This document shows, piece by piece, positions 38,449 through 52,500 of a DNA stretch of 64,000 nucleotides. The stretch comes from Haliotis cracherodii. Taxonomy: Eukaryota. The notes under the pieces were generated by a model. It saw nothing but the letters and a program-made list of their open reading frames with translations, did no database searches and was not told the DNA's origin. The stretch covers positions 9,796,001 through 9,860,000 of the forward strand of contig NW_027266267.1 of the NCBI RefSeq assembly GCF_022045235.1. The letters run 5' to 3'. The translations under genes were made by a program, and so were the position numbers. The first letter of the stretch is position 1. Each line of letters starts with the position of its first letter.

Positions 38449-39017
38449 TGTAGTGTCAACGCACATGTGTTGACGGGGAACTAACTCTTGGGGGAATAAA
38501 GGACAAAATCGACATCACTGTCCCGGAACGCTTTATGCACAACATGTAAACAATAAACAACAATTGCACAATGAGCGGAATACCTGCTCTGACAACACAA
38601 ACACAGCGATGAGCGGACTTTCCAGCTCAGACGTACAAGAGGTGAGCGGAGCTCCAGCTCACCTCAGGGCGTTTCCTACGAGCAGCATATCCTGCTCAAG
38701 GTCGTCCCTATGCCAGCACTCGGAATACCAAGCCTGACTAACACCCTAGTAACTGTGTAATGGCAGCACATATATAGTAATTAACAACAATGGACAGACA
38801 AAGAGACAATGACATTGCTTTGGACATTGGACATATGGACGTGATTAACCAACACAGTTCATGGAATGATCAATTAGGGCAATAAATGCCATACTATAAA
38901 AAAAACATTAGTTAAAGGGAAGTGATATGGTAGTCCAGGCTGACTGACAGTTAATATACAATGAAATGTTGGTGAGGATTAACGTAATGACAATTAAGTT
39001 ATGGAGACATGGCTACA
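38449..39017. mobile_element. Candidate solo LTR
   Basis: 569 bp bounded by TGTAG...CTACA inverted termini, with internal repeated GAGC..GCTC hairpins. No target-site duplication seen. Confidence 0.35.
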
Positions 39018-40714
39018 GGGTAATTTGCCCTTGGAGTCAAATGTACTGCAGACAACGGTAGTCATAAATCAGTCGCTATGACAGAAGTATAAAATCTGTT
39101 CCTGGTCAAAACATGTTTTCATTTTTGTAGGGCTACTGTTGAGGTAAACAAGAAATACACAGAAGCAGCGAAGAAGCAGCAACGTGTTACAAAAATTACA
39201 AAATAACTTAATATGACCAACGAACTCATGATTAATTGTACGTATTTAGGTGATACCACACTCATTTTTGTTAGAATCCTCAATGAACCGAAGAAAGTCA
39301 ATGCTTATAATTAAATTCGACAACATGTTTTATCTACAATAGTTTAGCCAAAAACAGTTGAATATATCAAAGCAGACAAAAATGACCAGATTGATAAACA
39401 TTCTAGGTGTATGAATACATACTGTGGCGTGACATGAATCAGGTGATCGTTTAATTTATGCACATAACTTGACACGCCTACACAGTCAGTAGCTATTCAA
39501 CGGAGAATAGGATCAAAACAGTGTTCATATGACCTGTCAATTAAGGCAAGAGGCGAGAAGAACTGCAACAGTCAGACTGTGTGTAACGAACCGGAAGAAA
39601 TATGTCCGGGAGAAGGCGGCCGTTTCAAATGACATGGTCAGTTACCGCCAGATTCAAACATTACTTCCCTGAAAACGGGAAAACAAAGTTGTAAAATTGC
39701 TAGTTAGAATTGAAACCTGAAGACATGAAAGTTGAACTGAGGGGAAAAAAGGGCGAGCGGGCCTGCACGTTTGCTGCTTCATTCACTCAAAGGGTAGTTT
39801 GGACAATGAATATGCATGAATGTCGCTAAATGTCACGTGCATGATGTTATAAGGTTAAAAATGCATCTCAAAAACATTAGAAAATGGTAACAAATAAAAC
39901 CATTATAACTGCAATGAGGAGTTGCATTAGATATAGTTTGTGACATAACTTTTATTTTGAAAGGAATCAATAGATAAAAGACATTTCACATTTATCAAAA
40001 GTGTATTCTGGACATTTCATAATTATCATTGGATTGGTTCCTGGCTATCGTCCATTAGTTGATGAAACAAATAGAGTTTCAAGGTATATTTCATTTGGAG
40101 CTTCCGATTCGAGTCACACAATCAACAGAGAGATGAGCAATCTGGCACGTAGGCTTCTGTATTTTGCCGATTACGACACTTCTGAGTTCATGGTCAGATG
40201 ACAAAGACAGGCCAGGCCCGAACACTATAAAATGATACCTTCACCATTAGGAGTCGAATCCCGATCGTTCTAAGTTTTCCCCAGTTGGTGAGGAGTCTGG
40301 CCGTTCTGATCCTGTCCTGTATTGACAGATGGGCTGAGAGTAAGTAAAACTATGTGAGTATAAAGCTGGTGTTGCGTTTCTTTATTATGCGTGTGTGAAT
40401 GGTGATAGAGACAATTTGGAGTAAGTGTCGTTAGACCAATCACTCCTTGACGGAGCCGAGCCGCGGCGGACAAGGCGAGTGGCAATGTCTTGGCGTAATT
40501 TACCATGATGACCAGGAACGGCAATACATTTAGTAACTGTAATAGGGTCGCACTGGACGCCCAAAAGCAGTTACGACAATGACGATACACGTGAGCAGAA
40601 AGGGAATTCCGTCGACTGTTGGGATTCCCCGACATTCCGCTGTGATAAAAGTAGTGCGCCTCGGTGGGTGTGGCTTATTTTGTTACATTTATTGGGAAAT
40701 GAATGCAATAACAC

Positions 40715-41180
40715 GTGACCAATTCAGCTTATCAGATTGCAGGATTTTCAATGAACACAAGAATGAATATTATTGGAATATGTATATATGATGTTAGTTT
40801 ACAAATGCTGATACTTGCTGATGATACTACAGTTATCAGTTACAGCCCTAAAGTTCTACAAACAGCTTCAGATACAGTTGTTGATTACGCATCCAAGTGA
40901 CGATTAACAATGCATCGAAAAGTGACACTGTTGTGTTTCATGAAAAAAGCAATTACTGTGTATGCATGCTTATCACAACAGACATGAAATGCCTTTGTTT
41001 GATAATGTAAACTGTTGTTGGTATTGTTCTACAATGTAATCTTCCTTTCAAATTATGTCCAGAAGAGAGCTGTACAAAAGCAAGGCGCACTATTAATTCT
41101 CTCCTCTTTGTAGCTCTAAATAGTAGTGACTTACATCAATATGCAAGTATCAATATATGGAAAAGAATGTTTTTAACAAG
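40715..41180 (+). mobile_element. Degenerate LINE reverse transcriptase C-terminal fragment
   Basis: LQMLILADDTTVISYSPKVLQ...DYASK resembles the YADD motif and the following helix. Confidence 0.6.
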
Positions 41181-41613
41181 CTTTTATTCATTTTACTACT
41201 ACAGTATTAAAATCAATTATTCCCAACAATGTGTGGTAATAATACCAATATTTCTTACTGTTTACAGCCTGTATATATGCGGGACATTGGTATATATATA
41301 TATTTGTTTGATTATATTGTTATCTAAATTTTGAATTACATAATTTTGATGTTTTGAGAATCTTCGGATTTTTCAGGAGGACATTTATGCATTTATTCAT
41401 TTATTCGTTCGTTCATTCATCGATCTTTTAACAACTGTCACAAAAATCATTCGATACTGACACAGCAAGACACAGTTATTTGCACACCAATCAGACAACT
41501 CTTACCGACAGGGTGTGGTGGTGTTTCAAAGTGAAACGAATGACATTGTCTATTGCCTAATATATGCAGAGCAGCGTCTTTGATCTTGTCTCAAAACCAT
41601 GTCATAGACGTTA

Positions 41614-41759
41614 ACATTCGACAATATGGCGTAGAAATAAAGACATTCGACAATATGGCGTAGAAATAAACACATTCGACAATATGGCGTAAAAATAAAC
41701 ACATTCGACAATATGGCGTAGAAATAAACACATTCGACAATATGGCGTAGAAATAAACA
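41614..41759. repeat. 29-bp tandem repeat x5
   Basis: ACATTCGACAATATGGCGTAGAAATAAAC at 41614, 41643, 41672, 41701, 41730. Confidence 0.95.
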
Positions 41760-41979
41760 CGATGCTCGCTGTATATGAAAGCAACAATTCATCTGTCATG
41801 ATTTGTGAATGTTTTTGACACCCAGTGTATCCACAATTAACTAATACGTTTCAAATACACAAAAATATATACAAGTTAGGTATTTGCCCACAGCAAATAT
41901 TTATTTGCTAAATTGCGTCAGTGCGGTTGATCAACACATGTTTAACGCTTATTCACGCTTGGCGTTGTAGATTATGATA

Positions 41980-43051
41980 AACTCAACAACAAAAAGTCCT
42001 GTGACGCCAATATTTTAGTGTATTTTTCAAACAAATAAAGTTTGATTTTCAATATTGTAGTACATGTATGGAAACAAGTCATAAAAAAACTGCTACATAA
42101 AAGCATGCGTTCCATGCAAAAGTTCACTTTTATGCAAGCCAAATGCATTTCACTACCCACGAATGGGTATACAAATATGTTGCGTTAACGTGATTCCATA
42201 TGCATTGTTTACCATCGTGCTGACAACAACCACTCAGAAAAACAACTAAATTAGGCAATTATTCAACATTACGAAATGCCAAGCCTGTCCGAAAATGAGC
42301 GTCTGCGAGCCATTGGTATGCTTGAAGCAGGGTCGAGTGAACGTGATGCTGCAAGACAATTTAACGTCCACAGAAACACCGTTTGGTGTTTATGGCAACG
42401 TTGGCAACAGACGAATGCAGTCAGAGACCATCCTCAGAGTGGCAGGCCACGCGTAACCAATAATCGACAAGACAAGACAACAGTGACTGCAAGAAGCATC
42501 CCTGGCCTTCGACGAATATCTTCACAAACCGACGTCAAGTTGAACATTAGGTCAATCATTGTGTCATGGAAGAAGATCGGTTCGGGGGCGGCAGCGTTAT
42601 GGTATGGGTGGAAATACAGCAGGACAGAGGACCCGTTTCATAGTGGTACAGGGAAATCTCAATGGACAGCCCTACCGCGACGAGATCATCGGTCCTGTTA
42701 TTCTACCACTTTTGCGTCGTCGTGGCCCAGGCATTTCCTTTCAACATGACAACGCCCGGCCTCATATTGCTCGACTTAAGGAATCTCTTCAACAAAACAA
42801 CATGAATGTCATCCCCTGGCCGGCTCGCTCCCTTGATCTCTCACTAATCGAGCACATGTGGGATGAGATGGATCGGCGCCTTCGACGTCAACCATGTGTT
42901 CCACAGACACTCCAGGAACTTCGAAACATGCTGGTATTAAACCATTTGAGTTTTTTATATGTTGCAAACCGAAAGTGTTTCAGATTTGGTAAAAAACATA
43001 ACTTTGCATTAAATCTTTTTCAATGTCACAGGAACTTGTGTTGTTCAGTAT
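41980..43051 (+). mobile_element. Tc1/mariner transposon, internally deleted, both TIRs present
   Basis: ORF MPSLSENERLRAIGML...SGRPR (HTH) and QHDNARPH...DLSLIEHMW. Left TIR ACTCAACAACAAAAAGTCCTGTGAC; right TIR TGTCACAGGAACTTGTGTTGTTCAGTA followed by TA. Confidence 0.9.
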
Positions 43052-43350
43052 ATGTATACAATCAGGCTGTGTTGACATTGTCATGTAATTCATTGACCCA
43101 CATTGTCATTGTTTACATTGATATATATACAACCAGGTTGTGTTGACATGATCATGTAATTCAGTGACACGCATTGTCATTGTTTGAATTTATATGTATA
43201 TACAACCAGGCTGTGTTAACATGGTCATGTAATTCAGTGACACACAGTGTCATTGTTTGAATTTATAGGTATACAATCAGGTTGTGTTGACATGGTCATG
43301 TAAATCAGTGACACACATTGTCAACGTCAACATGTATATGTTTACAACCT
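43052..43350. repeat. ~72-bp tandem repeat (~4 units) abutting the Tc1 right TIR
   Basis: TACAA(T/C)CAGG recurs at ~43057, 43128, 43201 and 43272, with a diverged TACAACCTGG at 43343. Confidence 0.85.
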
Positions 43351-43699
43351 GGTGTAACTCACATGTACCATAGGTATATAACATATTTTTTCTATATATC
43401 ACTGGTTGTATCAATCAACATGACTCAAGGTAGTGAAGATTGGGAGGTCAAGTCTAAACCTCCATCTGACAGTGTTGAGTCTAGGATGTAAGCTTACTTG
43501 AAGAGCACTGGTAAATATGACATTCATCAAGTTACAGCCCAACCAAAACAGAACCATCAGTTCACTTCCAACCCAAGCCAGGAGCACATGGTCACACCAA
43601 CCACACCAGGTTATTCTCCTTTATCTCCCAGTCGAGCAGTAAGTACAAACCCTTGCATTTACCCACAACCCTTTTCGACTTGACTTTGGCCTGTACACC

Positions 43700-44400
43700 A
43701 GCAACCACTGAGAATATCTATCATTTCAGGGAAAGGGTGATACATCCTATGAGATTTGGAATTTCGAGATCTGGTGCCTCATTAGAGATGACACTTATCC
43801 TACTGCCACTCTGACACAGACAGTTAGGAAGTCACTTAAAGGTGATGATGATGCTTGTATTCTTCTTTTCTTGGATGAAGACGCAACAGTGACAGATATT
43901 ATAAACTGTTTTGAGGGTCTGTATTGTACAGTTGTCACAAAATCCTTTTTAAGAATTCGGAATACACATTTGAAGGATGCAACAAGACATGTCTTGTTTC
44001 AACATGTACTTCTGCACACATATGCAAACTGTTAGCATTATTGAGCAGGAGCTCACCTCCTATTCTCAAGTCAAGCCCAAGTTCACTCGTACACAACACC
44101 AGCCACAGAACATGGATTTATCCACCATCTCTCCAGCAAGGTATTTGAGCAGCTATCGGAAGTCCAGAGTAGACTTGAGGAACTAGAGACAGCTCTGAGG
44201 AAACCATCGACTGATAACTAAGATACTTCAGCAGACCTTGGACAGAATAACGGCGTTGGAATTTCACAAGGAACACCCACCTCTAGAGTATAGCATGGGA
44301 CCCACCAGGTCTAGAAGTAGAGGAAGAAGCAGGGGGTCATCGTGGATAATCGTTATACTAATTCAGCCTACCGCTGTGCGCAGGTGGAGGCACTCCCCTT
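43700..44400 (+). mobile_element. Gypsy-type (PNMA-like) gag remnant
   Basis: Frame from ~43737 reads GDTSYEIWNFEIWCLIRDD...TVRKSLKG...ILLFLDEDATVTDIINCFEGLY, a capsid-like pattern. An RG-rich stretch lies downstream; stops and frameshifts are present. Confidence 0.65.
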
Positions 44401-45954
44401 ATATATGCCCTCTAAATCTATATCTAACGTCTAGTATATCAATTATATCGAATACAGTTGTTAATAACCAATCAAGTAGTGTAAATTGAAGTTAGTAAAG
44501 AATCGATCGCGTATAATATAAACATCGCGCTAATCGCCATTACTAACTTCATCACTGCACTAGTAAGGCAGTGTGTGAAAGGAACAATACTATATGTTTA
44601 CATGTTTCATTTTTAATACCATATTATACCAAAAACACTATTTTATGGATCACTTACAGTCAGTATATTATCTTATTATAAACGCACTAGCATGGATAGC
44701 CAATAAGTGCTATTTTTGTGATATATAAGTGATATATTTTTGCCTATTTTACATTCTATCATTATTACATATATCACTTATAATGCAAACAGTCAATCGT
44801 CACCTGTCAGCCTGGTAGGACGACAGTAATCAACACCTTTCTGATGTTGACGCGTCTTGTTACAGGCAAATAAATACATTTCATAAAACTCCGTCTTTGA
44901 ATACCAGTCTGTGATAACTAGAGTGAGTGAGTGAGTTAATATTTTACGTTACATCGGCAGCATTGCAGCCATATCGTGACGAGATAAAATTTAACCCCAA
45001 CAATACATATGTTAACTGTATAAAATTCTGTCGACGAAGGTGTGACAACTAGAAGCCTGACCTTGCGACATAAGCATGCGGCATGGGACAAGGTTGACAT
45101 CGTCTTGCCGTATTTCTTTCAACTATTCGACAAGTTTATAGAAACTATTTTACCGAAAATTGATGTGGATGCGACAGCTTGCTCGACGGTAATGAAAGAA
45201 CGATGTTACCAAGGAAACGTTTGATCACGAGGAAGTAATTTGAACAGCGACATGACGTCAGTCCATCATGACACAGCTCAAAAAGTGTACTTGATCGCAG
45301 CATATTAGAATGTATAATAAAGGTGTTTACAGTGTCAAATGTGCTTTTCAAGAACAAGAGCAAACATATTGGGTTAGTGTTTTCTTTGTGTTTAAACTGG
45401 AACGGATTTCTCGAAGACACCAAATTACAACCAAAATCAGCACCATTTATATTAATTTTCTTATTTTGCTAATTTTGCACACTTTTTCGGTACCATATAC
45501 AACGACACGAAAGTAGCATCATGATATCATTCAAATAGATTGTTTTATGGTGTTGTTTCTGTTTGAGAAGTGATGACACGATGCTGTTTCATTTCTTTAC
45601 ATTCCATTACTTTGTCGTTGCACGTTTCAAATAAATCTACCAACAAACAGATCAGTAAATAATTCTGATGAGGCTAGAGCCTTGCTGGTTTACCTTCCGG
45701 TGTCTGGGGATTCATGGCACCGTGGCCGGCGTATTGACCTGTTGTGTTGAAAGAGTTAAGTAAATACTTCTATTACATGCCTGTCTGATATTCCGGTGGG
45801 ATAGAGAACTTTGTTTTCAGCCCACTGTTAATCAGAACAAGTGCTTTTAAAATGAATCTGAAAAAAAATCTTGTAATGCTTCTGCATGAAAGTCATAATG
45901 CCATAAATGAAACAAACGTAAATCAATAGTCTTTGTAATTATTTCCTAGGGAAA

Positions 45955-46147
45955 TGTGTTTGTTTGTTGATAACGTCGCACTCAGCAATGTTCAATGGAG
46001 CTGTATGACGGGGGCCTGTAAATAATCGAGTCTTGACCAGACAATCCAGTCATTGACATCATGGACATCGATCCACGCAATTGGGATCCATGAAATGCAT
46101 CTACCAAGTCAGCGAGCCTGACCACCATCCCGTAAGTCGCCTCAAGG
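45955..46147 (-). mobile_element. SINE-like retroposon, CGTAAGAGGCGACTAA family, 5'-truncated
   Basis: Aligns with 61394-61663; inserted upstream of IR-B exon 1. Confidence 0.85.
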
Positions 46148-46511
46148 GACATGTGATTAACGTCGATAATGTGATGTTGGCAGAAAGAAGTGATGTATTT
46201 ACCATTCCATTTCCCTAAATACTGTAGTTGCTGTATCATTACAATATGGCCTTGTTAAATGATGGCAATCACGTTTTATTTTACAAGGATTCATTTAACA
46301 TATTTTAAGTCGACAGTGAAGAGCAAATAGAAGGCGTAATATCTTCATTAACATGTTTACAAACCACTTCAAGAGTTGTCACGAAGCCGAATTTCGTCCA
46401 CATAAATCATTCAAAGTGTTATGAACCGATTGTACATGTGCATTCAAATATAAGGATAAACGTGTAAAGTCACAGCTCTCGGACTGTGTTGGAAGCGTTC
46501 GACGTCTGAAC

Positions 46512-49500
46512 ATGGCAATTCCTGACATTTTAGGAACTTCTCTTCTGTTCATACAAGGTGGGTTCTTGTCACTTTAAGCATTCACTATAACTTTCAACAA
46601 CAAAATGTTGGTTTTATATTTGCCAAACAGTTAATGCTTCAACAAAACATTTAATTGTATTTCTAATATCAGCGGCTCGGATGTAGGGGATTGATTTGGC
46701 ATATCCAAAATAGCTACAATAATGGACGAGATAACTGTACCGTAAACACTTCAGGGGAGCAATAGCGACAGAAATACAAATCACTTTGATGTGTTGTCAT
46801 GGGCCTCTGTACCTCGGGTATATAGGTTTGAGTTTGTTCGCTTTGCCTATTCCAAATGTTTAGCATAATGGATAAGGTAATTGTACTGTTATACTTCATG
46901 ATGATCAATTGCAGAATAAATACGAATCGTCTTGATTACTACTGTATTTGCCAAAGTGTAAAGTGCAAAGTTTCATATTAAACAGTTTCCGAAAACACAA
47001 AGCGTATTTGAGTCTAAACCTTGTTTGTTGTCAAGAAAACATATGTTAAGTGATACTAAAACATAAAGAATGACTTATTTAGCATGTGTTTGAAACATAC
47101 AAAGTTTCATAATAAAGTCTTAAACGGTTTCCGAGTTATGCTCCGGAAACGGAACGTGACGAACATACAAACGGGCTTTGTAGCCATGGAAATGTCTTGG
47201 CTATTGGGATACTATCTATTTACAATCAATTAACTTATATATTCTAATTGTCAGGATAATGTACCTTTGAGTTTGTGTTAACAGTGACCGTCCTAAACTA
47301 ATGTCCAAATAAACGATACAAACTGTTATGATTGCTTTATTATATATAAAAAAACATACTTAAACATATCCCACTAACCAAGCCAAATGTCATTGGTGGG
47401 AAAAAGCGGGAAATTTTTACAATTCGTGTAAAAAAGTGCACTTGCACAAAATGCACGTGCAGATCTACTGTATAAAACTTGTGCCTCGACACGTTAGGAA
47501 CACAACACCAAAAAAGCACACCAACAATTCACGTTTAACTGCGACAGAGAGGGAGAGAGCCGTTGGAATGGCCCAACAGGTAGCGACGCACGCCATCATT
47601 GCCAGGACGGTTGGATGCGCCCGTATCACCATTACCAGGTTGATGCAACGGTTACATCAGACAGGTCCGACAACAGACACGCCGAGAAGCGGAAGACCAC
47701 GCACGACCACGCCCATTCAAGACATCTGCACACGGACAATTCACATCTGAAACCGCTTCGTCACGGCAACATTAACGGCACTGCGACACACGATCAGTCG
47801 TCATACCGCGTACATGAGAAAAGGAGCCCATGGTATCAGAGCACATCGACCCTACCTACGTTTAACGTCATCGTGCTTTAATGCTGCAGGTGGACATATC
47901 TGATATTAACGTGACATTATGATGAGTATTCTGACATTTTACACACTTGCCTCGTCATGTGTTAGGACTGGGACTTTCACCGTTGAACCCACTCCACTTT
48001 ATGGGCCTGTTCTGATTGCAATGCATGTTTGTACACATAATGTTAAAAGATTGCTCTTATGAGATATACCACTATGTTCTAGATATGTTTTTGATTTTCT
48101 TCCATAACCTTTCAAACACTTGGTATCGTTTCTTTTGTACATTGGTTTTACTTATGAATTATGAAACAGTAATAGAGAGCACCTTTTACCTTAGGTTAAA
48201 AGAAAATGGCTTACATTTGAATCGGATTTGCACATTTCAAAGAAGGTACAATCAGGGAGTCTTTATAAAAAAACACCTTTTACAACTAGAAAAAGTTCAA
48301 ACAAATGTTAAATGAATTAGGAATAATCAAGGATGGACAATAAAAGGATTGTGTACATGTAACTAAAATATTTCTTTGTATGAACAAATGGAGATTGGGT
48401 AGCTCAGAACCACCCACCAACAGCATTTAGAAATTACGAGACCAATCCCCTTAAAGGTATGGTGTAAGGTTTAAATAGGTAAATACATAGATGGATGGAT
48501 GGATGGAAAGAGATAGATACCCCAACGACTATGTTGGGTGTGTTGCAATCATGTTTCCCTAAATGTTTCTTTATTTTCAGCATGTGGGTTCCTTGGGTAC
48601 TCGCAAGCTGTCTCTGATACAGGGAACATCAGCAGTTTCTTCTGTGAGATGGACATGTTACCGACGGCTATCATTATTGGACCAAAAACAGGTTAACACT
48701 TTAAATGGTTTGTTCCAGTATGTAGGCTAAAGCTTTGTATGCTTGTGCCACATTACTAGGCGATGCTATCTCAATACTTAGTACTTTTTATCAATCTGTC
48801 TCTACATACTATAATTATATTATGCTTTCAGCCAATTTCATAATTGAATTGGTGCTGCCCATCCGTCAGGTTATTAGACATGTTGATTCCCTGACAGAAA
48901 CTAGAGGATATGCTTATCGTTAAGAATACGTCAGCATAACATGTTTGTATTTGTACTGCATTTGTGTAAGAGTATTTATGCTGATAATACTACATACATG
49001 CCACTTAGTAGTGTAAGGCTTAATTGACCCAAGAATAAAAATTGTTCATTCTCTGTGTAATAGGGTTTAAATGGAAGGTTATATTTACTTATTAAATCTT
49101 ATGTTTTTAAGATTCGCTAATAGACGACATCACCAGAACAATTTCACGACAGGGGAAAACCGTCATTTTGGATCTCGATGCCTTTACCAGCACCATATCG
49201 TCGCATATGTCTACAGTCATGTTGCATGAAAATCTGGCGTCTGTCACAAGAAACCTCAAGTTTCTCGTTCTCTCTGACATTGAAACAATTCGTCCTCTGC
49301 TACAAAAGGTATTTCTGTGTATGCCATGCGTTATTCTGTTTTACGATACTACAGTTTGCCTGTTGAAAGAGGCGACTAACGTGATCGGGTGGTCAGGTTC
49401 GCTGACCTGGTTGATGCATGTCATCTTATCCCAGTTGCGTGGATCGATGCTCATGATGTCAATCACTGGATAATCTGGTCCAGCCTCGATTATTTACAGA

Positions 49501-52500
49501 CAGTCGTCTGTAGCTGGAATACTGCAGAGTGGGGCGTTAAACACCAAACACACAAAAAAGAAACAAAAAAGACAGTTATGTCATAGGTGTTATCATAAGT
49601 TTACCTGTATGATCGACCACGTGAGTTTTGCACAACACGCAAACATGATTACATGGAAGAGCAAATAGTGTCTGGTGAGAAAACAATATCAAGGGAAACA
49701 TTAACCATCACTTTATGACAGCTTTCTCTGTGCCACTGAAACTTATGAAACCCTGAGTTTTTATCGACCCGTTTGTTCTTCTGTTCACAATATATTCCCA
49801 CACATCGCTTTCATGCAATCACAGCTTGACATCGTATTTTTCGTTCTTTAACTTCCAACAAAAAGAGATTTTAAGAAGTGCTTACATTTTCTCCGGGGTA
49901 TGTTAGTCGATTTGAAAACCTGATTACCTGAATTGGTTATATCTGTTCACAATATATTCCCACACATCGCTTTCATGCAATCACAGCTTGACATCGTACT
50001 ACCTATACGGAATATTTTTCGTTCTTTAACTTCCAACAAAAAGAGATTTTAAGAAGTGCTTACATTTTCTCCGGGGTATGTTAGTCGATTTGAAAACCTG
50101 ATTACCTGAATTGGTTATATCAAGGTAGAATAGAATATGGTGCAACTCAAACTATGAATATTATTCAAAGAGAATGCATGTAAACTGCCAACTCAAGTAG
50201 GTAGCGAGGAGAAATGTCTGATGTTCTTGCCAATTTATCCAGCTTATATACACTGTCCTGTCATCTGTTATGAACAGGCTCAGCAGCTTGATAGCGACAT
50301 TGGAGCAGGCCTACTTCTTCGACACTTCTCCAGGTGGCTGGTAGTGTTGACAACGGGAACGGTAGATGCACTGATCATTGACGACATTGTGTTGGACAAC
50401 GTTGCTGTAACGACGATAAACAACATAAGTGGCAGCATATGCAGGGTATGTTTGGCATAGCTTCAAATTCGTCATTACCCTCCCACCAGATTGTTGAAAT
50501 AACAATATTTGTGTATTACTGAATGAATTAAATGAATTAAAATCATGATTACAACTATGCAAAGAGCAAAAATATAACTTTGAAAAGTTGTTAAGATCAA
50601 CAAATGTCTCCTCATTTCCTTCAAATACCCGCCTTTAACGAAGAAAGGTAAACCTTTTCTTATATTTCATAAACTAGTTTCAAGTTCGTGTTACATCGAT
50701 TCGGAGTGTACATGTCTTCAGTTTGTCATAGTGCCTTATACTCTAATGTAGACTTAGTTATCTCTAGTTATGAATGCGACTGGGTTGTACTGATTGTACA
50801 TGTATGTCTGTGCATAGTGGGTCAACTTACTGTGTAACAGTTTCATTCAATGCATGTTTCGTTTGTGACAGCAAATCAGCTTCATATATGTGATATTAAT
50901 GTAACATTGTGTTGTCAGAACATCTCCTTGCTGCAGACTATGATGTGGAAGAACGCTTCAAGAAAACTGCAGCCAGTTTCACAAGTACCTACAAAGGACC
51001 TTTCTTCTCGTATTTTTCCCAACACCAAGACCGGTTTGAATGGAAGGCTTCTGAAGGCAGCAGCATTACAGGTCAGTCTGTTAATTACAGGAGTGTAACA
51101 CCTACTTAAGTATCTGAGGTCAACTTACAGTATTTCTGAAATATCAAGGCCTGTCGGCATACTTTGAGATGAAAGTCCGAACAGATTGGTACGTGTCGAA
51201 ACAATATGTTAACCCAGAAATCAAAAGAATTTAGTGTGAGACCAAGAAACAACCAACAAATGTACAATAAACAATGGCAGTATCAAATATATAAACAGTG
51301 GTCAAGCTTCCAGGATAGGCCTTGGCTGAGTGTCCAGGGTGAATCTTCACACAAAAGCTGGTCTTGAGGACATAAAGTGAGACATAATGTGAGATGAGAT
51401 AGGTTTGCCCTTGTCCACTGATGTGGTCTAACTTGCTTTCAGAATTGTTCATAACAGGCTTGGTCCAGAATCGTAATATAGTAACTTCCACAGCACTGTA
51501 TACATTATATAGTACTAATTTCTTGAAAACTAATTATGATCAAATACGATGCTGTGACCTTCTACTGAATTCAACAGAAACAAAGTAATACTATTTCAAC
51601 ATTGCTTAATAATACATTACACTGCCGTATAGCATGATGCATTTGTAGAACTCATGCGTTAGGTGAATACCGAGAACGCAGAAACAAAGAGACTCTCGAC
51701 GGATCGCCACCTTCTACTGTACCCTGTAAAACTATATTACAACAACGCTAGGTAAACTAAGGTGCGATTTAGAATAGACAAACTGTGGACTATATAACTA
51801 TAATATTCACTTTAGACATCGCAAGTTGAAACATGTATTCAAACAATATTAAGATTAAAATTAAATATCGGCAAACCACAACCAATACCCCATACAAAAT
51901 ACATTTCTGTCAGGCTCAAGCAAATACTTGAATTTATCACAAATTTTCAGTTCTTCCTCCGCTGTTTCTTTCTACCTTTTCAATATTCAAAATGTTGCTT
52001 TCTCAATTTGCCGCAAGGGAAACGTTGTTTATCTTAGCAATGACGGGTTTGACCAGGTACAATGAATGCTGATTAATTTGTCACACATTCTGTTTCAGTG
52101 GTTTTCATGCAAGCTGAATAATAAAACCAAAACCATCTCCGGGCCATGCAGCAGACTCATATCCCATCTATCAGGGGTATTTAATTTCAGGTAATTTTTT
52201 CAAAAACTTTGACACAGGAACCAAAAGAAAGGTTCATAAATTAGACCCTGTGATTTCATAATCTTTAAAATAAAACGGACACATATTTTTCATTGCAACT
52301 CCTTTCCATGTTAATTTCTGCTACATCGATTGTACGATGCTTACTATGCCTACACAATAGGGAATTGTATTGGACATTTATTTTGTCTCTGATGCCTACT
52401 TCGGATGTATATTTTATGGAAAAGACATTTACGAAAATATGCAGAAATAATGAACACATTATTTATTATATTGTACTCAGCAAATGAGATAGCTTTGTAT

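Noticed and set aside
39550-40650. GC-richer segments and ORF 40270-40635
   Set aside because: No recognisable protein motif, termini or second copy in the window; probably unclassified repeat.
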